Source: Octopus vulgaris (Eukaryota). From it: a stretch of 64,000 nucleotides of DNA. How positions within the stretch are numbered: the stretch's first letter is position 1; every line of letters starts with the position of its first letter. The notes under the pieces were generated by a model. That model worked only from the letters and a program-made list of their open reading frames with translations, had not been told where the DNA came from and did no database searches. Below, piece after piece: positions 53,675 through 64,000 of this stretch. Position numbers and translations under genes: made by a program. Where the stretch lies: positions 28,520,001-28,584,000 of the forward strand of contig OX597839.1 of NCBI GenBank assembly GCA_951406725.2, given 5' to 3'.

Positions 53675-54904
53675 GTTGTCTGGAAAGTTTGTGCCGATTT
53701 GTAGTAGCTTGCCTTTTGACTTATTCTAGAACATGGTTGAGCCCATAAAATAGGATTTGACTACACCTCCATTTAGAGCACAGTTTAAGCTAACTTTTCG
53801 TGGATGAAGTTTTATGTTCCTATAACCTGTATTAATTCTGTAACCCTTTAAAATGGAAGATAAGAAAGTTCACTTTCGGTACTTGATGCTTTTCTTTTTC
53901 CGTAAAGGGAAAAATGCCTCACAAGCAACCAAAGAAATATGCGCAGTTTACAGTGATGTTTCTTAATCCGAAAGAACTGTTCAGAAGTGGTTCGGCAAGG
54001 TTCCGAGTTGGAGATTGTAGCCTTATTGACAAAGAGCGATCAGGCAGACCATCCACTACAGATGATGACCAAATCAAGTCATTAATTGAGAATAACCCAC
54101 ATTGCACAACCCGAGAATTTTTGACTATCAGAATCTGTCGTTCATAAGCACCTGGCTTGGGTACACAAATCGCTACGATGTTTGGGTACCACATGAGTTG
54201 TAATTCGCTTTATAAACAGAATGAAAATGTGCCTTTTTTAAAGCAAATTGTGATAGGTGATGAGAAATGGATTATCTACCGAAATGTTTAGAGAAAGCAA
54301 TCCTGGAGTAAACGACATGAGCCACCCTTAGCCACCCCAAAAGCTGGTCTTCACCCTAAAAAAGTCTTGCTTTGTGTCTGGTGGGATTGGAAAGGAATTC
54401 TGTACTAAGAGCTTCTCCCAAGTAACCAGACAATTAATTCTGAGAAATACTGCACACAACTGGACGAGTTAAAAGCAGCAATTCAAGAGAAACGTCCAGA
54501 ATTGGCAAACAGGAAGGGCGTTGTTTTCCAACATGATAATGCAAGACCGCACGCCTCTTTAGGAACCAGACAAAAGTTGCTGCAGCTTGGCTGGGATGTG
54601 CTACCCCACCCTCCATATTCACCAGATACTGCTCCTTCGGATTTCCACTTATTCAGGTCTATGGAGAATAGTCTTAATGGCAAAAATTTCAATTCCTTGG
54701 ATGACGTAAAAAGATACCTTGATGAATTCTTTGCCATGAAACCACCTCAATTCTGGGAAGAGGGTATTTTCAAGTTAAAGGAAAGATGGAGAGGCATTGT
54801 GCAACAAAATGGTTTCTATTTGGTTAATTAAAAATGTAATGGCAAATTTTTATTGACCTTTTTCTTTCCTTTAAAAATCAGCATGAACTTTCCAGGCAAC
54901 CCAA
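53671..54904 (+). mobile_element. Near-full-length decayed mariner (DD34D), mellifera-subfamily-like, 1234 bp
   Basis: TIRs TTGGGTTGTCTGGAAAGTTTGTGCCGATTT / AAATCAGCATGAACTTTCCAGGCAACCCAA, flanked by TA. Confidence 0.93.
53853..54831 (+). pseudogene. Mariner transposase pseudogene
   Basis: MEDKKVHFRYLMLFFFRKGKNASQA N-terminus; WVPHEL, GDEKW, HDNARPH, YSPDTAPSD motifs (D34D); stops at 54289 and 54406 plus frameshifts and deletions. Confidence 0.92.
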
Positions 54905-55270
54905 TATAGCAAACAAGAAATTTTTTGGCATTATTTATTCACCAGTAAATAACCCCAAAACATTCCCAATCTCCTGTTTTGTTATACAAAAACTCTGTAA
55001 ATAATATTTCCATAATTCTCAATTTTAAGATGTATTTTGGCGAATGTAAAGCAGCAACTGAGACTACATACAGGATTGCAATAATAGAGTAAGCAGATGG
55101 GCTTCAAGCAGAAACAGCTGGGATTAATCTAACCACCTATATTATATACCACATGGTTCCGGGTTCAGTCCCACTGCGTGGCATCTTGGGCAAGTGTCTT
55201 CTGCTATAGCCCCGGGCCGACCAATGCCTTGTGAGTGGATTTGGTAGACGGAAACTGAAAGAAGCCTGTC

Positions 55271-55332
<62 letters not shown>

Positions 55333-56132
55333 TTGTGTGTCTGTGTTTGTCCCCCAAGCATTGCTTGACAACCAATGCTGGTGTGTTTACGTCCCCATCA
55401 CTTAGCAATTCGGCAAAAAGAGACTGATAGAATAAGTACTGGGCTTACAAAGAATAAGTCCCGGGGTCGATTTGCTCGACTAAAGGCGGTGCTCCAGCAT
55501 GGCCGCAGTCAAATGACTGAAACAAGTAAAAGATAAAAGATATATGTATATATATATATATATATAATGTACATGTGTGTATGTGTGTATATATATATCA
55601 TGGACTCTTCCCTCGTTAGACAACATATGAGGGTTCGACAATTTCTTACTGAACAACCACACAGCACAGATGATTTGTTTATAGTGATCAAATGTTTGTG
55701 TACGCATAAGCTCTCTCCTTCCCTCCATCAAATCAACATCACCTGTACAGGTGCACCATATGCCACATGTCTGATGATGAAATGGTCGCAGAGCAATGTG
55801 AAAGGAAGTGCTTAGCTCAAGAACACAACATGACGCCCGGTCTGGGAATCGAACCCACAATCTCGCAATTGTGAGTGCAATACCCTTAACCACTAAGCCA
55901 TGTGTCTTCATCTGTGTGTGTGTGTGTGTGTGTAAACATAAAAGTAAGTTTAGAAGGATATATTATGCGAGCGGATACAGTATTAGCCCTCAGTTATGTT
56001 CCAGTTAATGGCTATCCACAACAATCAATATCTAACATCTGTCACTACAATTTGTTAGTCACTCCATGAATTCTTCTGATGGGTAAGTCTGTGTACTCTT
56101 CCCTGGATGGTAAAAGTTGTCTGGAGCATATA

Positions 56133-56518
56133 TCTTTATATATAAAAGTGAAGTTGTGTGTCTGTCTACTCCGATTTAGATTCCTAACTACTCCCACATT
56201 TTGCGATGCAGTTTAACCAAAACCGGGTATCTTATAGTCGTGATTCATATCGAGCCCTTCTGAGTATTAGCGCTTATCTACGATGAGTCTACGATTTTAA
56301 AAATAATTTACCATCATTTTTTTCCATTTTCATGCATATTTTTTAAAGGGAAGTAACTCTCTAAAAATGTCTACGATGAGTCAACGATTTAAAAAAAAAT
56401 TTACCATCATATTTTTCCATTTTTAATGCAATTTTTGCTATTTTTGGCTATAACTCTCTAAAAATGCTTTATAGTTATTTCCCTTACAAACCCGAGCAAC
56501 GCCGGGCGATACTGCTAG
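56133..56518 (+). mobile_element. Non-autonomous Helitron
   Basis: A|TC 5' end, 3' hairpin CCCGAGCAACGCCGGG, CTAG|T end, no TSD. Confidence 0.8.
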
Positions 56519-56854
56519 TTAATTATAAAGAATACAGAGAACTTGTACATCCGCAAAATATATTTTATAGTTATGCACAGCATGTTATAACGACCTACAC
56601 GTGTTTCTGCTACAGCAATTACTCGTAGGAGAGAGGAAACACAAAGAGATCTGACAGTGCGTTAAAAAGCATTCTACTTGATGAAGCACTGGCACACAGT
56701 GGTTGCTGAATCACATTTATTTATGTAATTGTCTATCAAATAATTTTTATATAATAGTATATGAATGAAAACCCAGCAACTTAAAGCTGGTACCGGTGCA
56801 GAAAGAATTAAATCTTCTTTTTTTTTCCCCTACCTTCATGCTGTATAAATTTAC

Positions 56855-56905
<51 letters not shown>

Positions 56906-57000
56906 TTAACGTGAAACCAATGGTAGCCTTAATACACAAATAAAGAAATTCTATCCACCAACACAGCGTTGAGCACCCATTTTCATCATTTAACATTTAC

Positions 57001-57070
<70 letters not shown>

Positions 57071-57169
57071 GTATATACACACAAATACACATACATTTCA
57101 AAATGTAACTACATGCGGATTGTTGAATTTTTTCCCCCGTCTTCCTTTTCTCTTGGACTTTCCTGTCTT

Positions 57170-57208
57170 CTGTTTCTGACGAAGAGCTTTGCTCGAAACG
57201 TAAAGCTG
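57170..57208 (+). ncRNA. Minimal type-I hammerhead ribozyme with intact core in a repeat (~57125-57292)
   Basis: ctgttt-CTGACGA-A-GAGC(ttt)GCTC-GAAAC-GTA-aagctg; flanks homologous to the 3100-3277 copy. Confidence 0.7.
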
Positions 57209-57309
57209 CCTTTCTTTCCTTCCCTGAGCATCTGTTAATACTTTGCATGTACCACGTCCTCGCATTGTTGATTTTTTCTCGTGTTTTACTTATATATACA
57301 CACATCACT

Positions 57310-57518
57310 AAAGTGAACAGAGGGCACCAATCAGCACCAGTATTGCTAGAAATAAGAGTCAAAAAAACTCAATAGCCGCAGAAACACCATCTCCCTACAG
57401 TCGCAGACAGGGAGGTTGTCTCCCTTGTCAGTTCATTAAGATAGTGCTTCTGTGATTGAGTTGTTTTGATTCTTATTTCTAGCAATACTAGTGCTGACTA
57501 GTGCCCTTTGTTCACTTT
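57310..57518. repeat. Inverted repeat with ~80-bp arms and a ~46-nt spacer
   Basis: 57310-57392 is reverse-complementary to 57439-57518. Confidence 0.9.
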
Positions 57519-57580
57519 GTTGTATACATTTCTACCTTAGGTTGTAAAACTATGAATTAGCCACCCATATTATCTATCTA

Positions 57581-57626
<46 letters not shown>

Positions 57627-57834
57627 TGTTGGCAACAAAAGAGTAGTTTTACCTGTTTCAAAATAGCATTCTGTATATCATACTTAATATGGATATACAG
57701 TACAAAGCAACACAATTGTGGTATTGGTCTGTGTGTAAAGCTTTCTCGAGATGAAAACTGCAGTTATGGGGCTTTCTAAAATACATCCACATTCAATAAA
57801 ACATACAGAATGCTATTTCAAGATATATACATAC

Positions 57835-57865
<31 letters not shown>

Positions 57866-60380
57866 AACACACATATATGGAAAGAGACAGAGAAAGACAG
57901 AGAGGCAGCAGACATATACAGTTAGAGATTTGTGTATGTGTGACTGTATGTGTACCAGCCTATGTATATGTACATATATACACACACATTTGTATACATA
58001 CATATTTATATATAGACAGGGAGTAACTGAGAAGCTCTTCTTGTGAGCGAGTCATGTTAAAATCATGTCTGTAGCTATTCAGAAGGGAAAAAAAAACAAC
58101 AACATTCCATTAAATTCTTCAGGTTTACACAGATCTTCTTAAGATTGCATGACACCATTAAAAGCTGTAGAACAATTTTTTAAAAAAACATCGACATTTT
58201 ACAGAGGATCTTAAGGAGGAAATTAGGGAGATGGAAGCTGCGGAAAAGCACACCTGATGCACGTGTCATCGTTATTATTTTAGGTTCAATTTCCATGCGG
58301 GAAAGGGTTTGACAGTTGAACAGGTTCTGAGAGGTTAAAGGACCACGTCTCATTACAATATTTCAGTCTGGGCATGGTTTCTATGGCCACCCCTTTTTTT
58401 TTTATATATATATATTTCTTTACTACCCACAAGGGGCTAAACATAGAGGGGACAAACAAGGACAGACAAAGGGATTAAGTCAATTACGTCGACCCCAGAA
58501 CGTAACTGGTACTTATTTTATCGACCCTGAAAGGATGAAAGGCAAAGTCGACCTCGGCGGAATTTGAACCCAGAACACGTAATGGCAGACGAAATACGGC
58601 TACGCATTTCGCCCAGCGTGCTAACGATTCTGCCAGCTCACCGCCTTTTTTTTATATATATAGACACCCTTCCTACTGCCAATAACTTTACAGTGTGCAC
58701 TGGGTGCATTTGCGTGTGTGTGTGTGTGTGTGTGCATGCAGGCATGGCTATGTAGCAAGAAGATTGCTTCCTAATCACATGGTTCAGTCCCACTGCAAGG
58801 CACCTTGGCCAAGAGTCTTTTATAGTCTTGGGTTGACCAAAGCCTTTGAGTGGATCTGGCAGATGGAAATTGAAAGAAGCCATCACTTGTCAACCAGTGT
58901 TGGTGTGTTTGTGTCCCCATAACGTAGTGGTTCAGACTGATAGAATAAGTAATAAGCTCAGCAAAAAGAAAAACAGAACTGGGATCAATTCATTCAACTA
59001 AAAATTCTACAAGGCAGTGCCCCAGCATGGCCACAGTCTAATGATTGAAACAAGCAAAAGATAAAAGCTAAACACACACAATTTTTCATGTTAAAACTTG
59101 TTTTGAAAGCTAGCATCGCTTGGACAAATATATATGATTTAGGTATTGTTTTGTTTTATAGCCAGATGCCTTTCCTGTCACTAACCCTTACCTGTTTTTC
59201 AAGAAAAGGATTTCTTTATTCCACACATCATTAAAAACGCAGAGTTAATTAATGATTCCTTGACAGAGAATCATTAACAAAGTTTACTGTTTGTAGCAAA
59301 GCACTAAATGTAAATATTCACAAACAAAGTAAAGTGCTTCATGAAGTTTCCATCTACCAAATTCATTCACAAGGAACCAGTTGTCTTGGAGCAACAGAAA
59401 AGACACTTTTCCAAAGTGCCGCACAGTGGAACTGAACCTGAAACCATTTGGTTAAGAAACTAACTTCTTAACCACACAGCTATGGCTTGTGTGTGAATTC
59501 TGAGCAAGAAGACTCAGAACTGGTACATCAAACAGAAATATGGTGTTGATATTTTGTTCAGATCAAAATCACCTTTCTCACATGAAAAGGCCAATAAAAC
59601 ACAGACCAGACAAACCCCTAGGGTTGATATAAACCCTAGAATGTAGTGCCCCCAGCATGACCAGTAAAATAACAAAAAGATGAGGTGATAGGGGTAGTCG
59701 AAGGAAACAAAAGATTTAATGAACTAAGAGGATGTGCAGGAGTAGAAGGAAAATTTTCACTTAAACCTGTTGTCAACATTGTTCCAAGTTCAAATGTGAA
59801 ACACTGTTTCTCTCATTTTCTTGAAAATGTGAATCCATGGCAAGGAGAGGTGTCACACACTGATAAGTGAGTGTATATATATATATATATATATTTAAAC
59901 GATGATGATGTACTGTTTTGTGATGGTAAGAGCAACAAAAAAAAAAGTGCTACTATTAGTTTCATATGCTGAGAGCATGCCAAACAGTGTTTTTAGCATA
60001 TCTGGCATCCTAGTACAATCATCAGACACTGCCCACATGGCATAACAGTTATAAGCATATGCCTAGGTTCTTTTTGAAGGACTGGAAAATTCTGCCATTA
60101 CCTGATTAACTCGTCACTCTTTTTTCCAGCCTTATAACTTAAGGTCTAAGGGAGATAATTCTTTTACCATTTTACTTATTTCTAATTACTTTATCACTTT
60201 CTGCTTTTTAACTTTCCTTCTCAACTTTTCACGTTTCTTCTCTCATTCAATTTTTAGTCTATTACACTATGTGGTTTGTGCTTGATGACTGCGTGGAGAT
60301 GTTACACATGTTTATTATTTGACATGTTCTCAATACAAAAAACTATTAGTAACACATAAAAACATGTATTGTGTCTATTA

Positions 60381-60417
<37 letters not shown>

Positions 60418-60642
60418 TTTATTTGTGAATAACAGCTATCACTGGTCTCACATTAAGAAAAGCTGAAAAATATCTTAGTGTCTTAATTTTTTGAGCTGAT
60501 CACATGGAGCTCCATGCAATTGGCTTGAAAAATTGTTAAGACAACTTTTCTTAACATGAAACCAATGGTAGCCTTAATTCACAAATAAAGAAAATATATC
60601 CACCAATGTGGTATCGGGTACTCATTTTCGTTGTTCGACATT

Positions 60643-60680
<38 letters not shown>

Positions 60681-61424
60681 CATACACACATACATTTACA
60701 TATGTGTGTGTGTGTGCGTGTGTGTGTGTGCGTGTGTGTGTATGTGTAAATAAAATTGAAAAATGCACTAGGGAAGTTCTAGATGTTTTATTTTTAAAGG
60801 TTTAACCAGTTTCACAGATTTTTCTGATTTTAAGGAGTTAAGTGAGATAGAAAGATGTAAGGCTATGCTGCAACTAACTGTCTTGCTTCCGACTGGAGTT
60901 TGAAAATTCTTGTTTTTTATAGAGAGAAAACAAGAAGTAATACACAAGAAAAATAAGACCAAGTTCATATGGACATGTGATGGATTTATATCAAGGGCAT
61001 AGGTGCTTGGTAAGAAGTTTGTTTCTCAGTTACCATCTTCAGGGTTCAGTCCCACTGCATGGTACCTTGGGCAAATGTCTTCTTCTGCAGACTCAAGCCA
61101 GCCAAAGCTTTGTGAGTGGGTTTCATATTTCAGAGACAGAAAATGTGTGAAAGCTTACCATGTGTGTGTGTGTATGAGTGAGTATACATACATGTATATA
61201 TCTATGTGTTTGTGTCTTTCTGTTTGTTTGTCCACCATCACCACCACTTGGCAACTGGTGTTGGTTTGTTTATGTCCCCAAACTTAGCAGTTTGGCAAAA
61301 AGATAGCAACAGAATGAGTATGAAACTTTAAAAGCAAAAGTACTGGTGTCAATTTGTTGGACTGAAGTCATCGAGGCAGTGCCCCAGTATGGGCACAGCC
61401 CAATGTCTGAAACAAGTAAAAGTT

Positions 61425-61610
61425 GTAAACGGTTGTGTAAAGAGATGCCAAGGAATTGAGGCAGAAAGGACCCACAGATGGGAAAGACCGAAAAAGGCAT
61501 GGGAAGAAGCTTTGGAATCTAATCTCGGGGTCAAAGGACAGCAACAAGTGGTTAGGTGCTATGTTAAGAGAAAACCCATGCAAGTGTGGGAAAATGGACA
61601 TGAGGATAGT
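61425..61610 (+). mobile_element. Decayed RTE-type LINE 3' end
   Basis: CVKRCQGIEAERTHRWERPKKAWEEAL (GRPKKxW-type motif) followed by a CCCATGCAAG...GGAAAATGGAC tail. Confidence 0.55.
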
Positions 61611-62980
61611 GTGTGTGTGTGTGTGTGTGTATGTAGATGAGTAGTTGAAAGTGTTAGAGATGGTAGCATGTGAGTATTGCCCCAGCATGGCCACAGTTAA
61701 ATGACCGACACAATAAAAGAATATATATATTGTTGCATCCAGAGAGGATCACCATGCCAATAAAACACACACATACATAGGTTCAATTTGATTTGTTTTA
61801 CCATCATTATTAGTCAATTGGTTAACCATTTCACCAACTAATAATAATAAAAGAAGTGATATATAACCAGCGTGTGTGTATGTATTTATTATTGGCATAA
61901 TGACCAACACAAAATGCAGCAAAACATGTTTCAAAACACGAGTTCAAATCAAGAATCTTCCAAACCAAACACAAAAAGGTAAGGCTGTTTGATAAGAAGT
62001 TTGCTTCCTAACCATGTGGGTCCAGGTTCAGTCCCACTGTGTGGCACCTTGAGTAAGTGTCTTCTGCTATAGCCTCAGGCCAACCAATGCCTTGTGAGTG
62101 GATTTGGTAGATGGAAACTGAAAGAAGCTTGTTGTGTGTGTGTGTATCTTCGTGTCTGTCCTTGTCCCCTACCACCACTTGACAATTTACGTTGGTGTGT
62201 AACTTCGCAGTTCAGCAATGGAGACTAATAAAATTAGTACCAGGCTTTAAAAAAAGTACTGGGGTTGACACATTTCAGTAAAATTTCTTCAAGGCAGTGC
62301 CCCAGCATGGCCACAGTCTAGTGACTGAAACAAGATATATATATACTTATATATATACACACACATACGCGTGTGTGTGTGTGTGTTAGCACTGAAGCAA
62401 GAAAATAATAACTGTTGCCTTGCAAAGATGAAAAATCTAAGGTTAGGATACATGAAGGCATTTACACCAACAATTCTGAAATCCCTTAATTTTAGACCCC
62501 ACCAATTCTCAGGTGAGCCATGTTGAAGGTGTGTCCTCAAAAATATAAACTAAAGAAATAAAAATTACAATAACCAACACATACAAAAATTAGTTTACTG
62601 TAGCAAAATAAAATTTAATGTAACCTTTTTGACCCTAACCCACCTGGGACTGCCCCTGTCTCTAGGATACGAACTTTTTGTTTTCAAGTGATCAAAAGCT
62701 AAAATCTTCTATCAGAGTTAGTTTCATCTTAATTTATGCTCCAAACATCACTTAATAAGGACAAAGTTATTCTATTAGATCCTTTATTATTTTCAAAGTT
62801 AACTGGAAAACTGAAACAAAACCCAGGTATTTCAACAGAAATATGCTAACAAAAAGTGTCAAAGAATAAAATATGATAAAACAAAAAGCGAAAAAATAAA
62901 TGGATTACTATATATATATATATATAATATCAACAATAATAATAAGGATTATTGTGAATCTGCATAGCATTACCTTTAAT

Positions 62981-63022
<42 letters not shown>

Positions 63023-63346
63023 CAAAATTTTGCCCCACTTGTGGAAAATAGAAATAAACATTCTTGACTGCTATTTCTACTTTTTCGGTATGCGGTCAAG
63101 CAATCTGTTGCCTGTCCCTTTTTCTTATATACAATATATATATATATACAGCTTTACATAGACCTACACTGAGAGTAAACTGGTAAATGTTTAGGGTAAT
63201 CCCTTACTATTTACATATATATATTAGTCGAATGGTTAACCATTCTGGCACCTCCTCTTGTATATATATATGTATATATCATCATCATCATCGTTTAACG
63301 TCCGCTTTCCATGCTAGCATGATATATACACATATATATATATACA

Positions 63347-63540
63347 TGAGGCGGTGCCAAAAAGTTCCAGGTTTTGGGTAAGAGAAAATACAGGAGGATC
63401 AGTTAAATATGATTTTATTCAACTTATTCCCCTCACAGATTCACACACTTATTGCAGTGGTCCTTCAGTTTTTTTCTAAGCCCTGTAAAAGAACTCAGCA
63501 GGGTGGGCCTCCAAGCCAGGAACTTTTCAGTACCCCCTCG
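63347..63540 (-). mobile_element. Mariner-derived MITE (CGAGGGG-type TIR)
   Basis: TGAGGCGGTGCCAAAAAGTTCCAGG / CCAGGAACTTTTCAGTACCCCCTCG; minus strand has a degenerate KKLKDHCNKCVNLxGExVE* transposase end. Confidence 0.75.
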
Positions 63541-63587
63541 TGTGTGTGTGTGTGTAGTGTTTTATTAAAACTGATCCTGAGAGTTTA

Positions 63588-63628
63588 TCTTATGACTAGT
63601 TTCATGCCATTGTGATCTTCAGATAAAA
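63588..63628 (-). ncRNA. Minimal hammerhead ribozyme motif (second family)
   Basis: Minus strand ttttat-CTGAAGA-tcacaatggcat-GAAAC-TA-GTC-ataaga; 6-bp helix I, palindromic ACTAGT helix III, GUC triplet; helix II weak; AATAAA then (CA)n downstream. Confidence 0.55.
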
Positions 63629-64000
63629 CTGTTATGATCTTGGTATTGGTGGTGTATATGTATACACACACACACACATATATATCTATTAATGTATGTA
63701 GGCAGTCTGGGTACACCAGGTCCCCTGCATACATCAACACACACTCTCTCACACATACATATATTTTACAGACAAAAAAGTAAATTTCAAACACAGCATA
63801 GTTGTGAAAATAGCAGAGAAAGATTGAGTATCCTCCCTTAGAAGTCATAAAAAAATTGCCAGCAGGTGGCTACACACACACACATACAACACACATTATT
63901 CAAAACCTGAGATTTCATTCTGCTGTCATGGAAAAATCTTTTGTTTATATCACATTCTTCAAGTTAGTCATGTTCAAGAATGTGACAGAAACGTGTGGAA

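Noticed and set aside
58075-58165. Possible minus-strand terminal exon LLMVSCNLKKICVNLK...
   Set aside because: Weak acceptor, no homology, expected by chance

Overview
AT-rich, repeat-dense animal genomic DNA; the SINE families and long (TA)n/(CA)n/(AAT)n microsatellites point to an octopus (inference). One protein-coding gene is supported: the middle of a rabaptin-5 (RABEP1) gene on the minus strand. Thirteen GT-AG exons between 32594 and 1652, including 35-nt and 39-nt microexons, join with consistent phases into 1711 nt (570 codons + 1 nt). The 5' and 3' exons lie outside the window. The introns are a mosaic of tRNA-derived SINEs, CR1/RTE/R4-like LINE 3' ends, a decayed near-full-length DD34D mariner, several MITEs (mariner, Tc1-like, pogo-like, hAT, TTAA-type, MULE-like), non-autonomous Helitrons and a tRNA-Phe pseudogene. 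Two signals stand out. First, several minimal type-I hammerhead ribozyme motifs sit in short microsatellite-flanked repeats (3145, 45507, 57170, 63588), with covarying helix I, as expected of Penelope-like or retrozyme elements. Second, candidate alternative phase-0 exons lie in the large intron upstream of the AQEDAE exon, two of which resemble that exon's start. Some duplicated or garbled stretches next to giant (TA)n tracts are probably assembly artefacts. All calls were made by eye; repeat boundaries are approximate.
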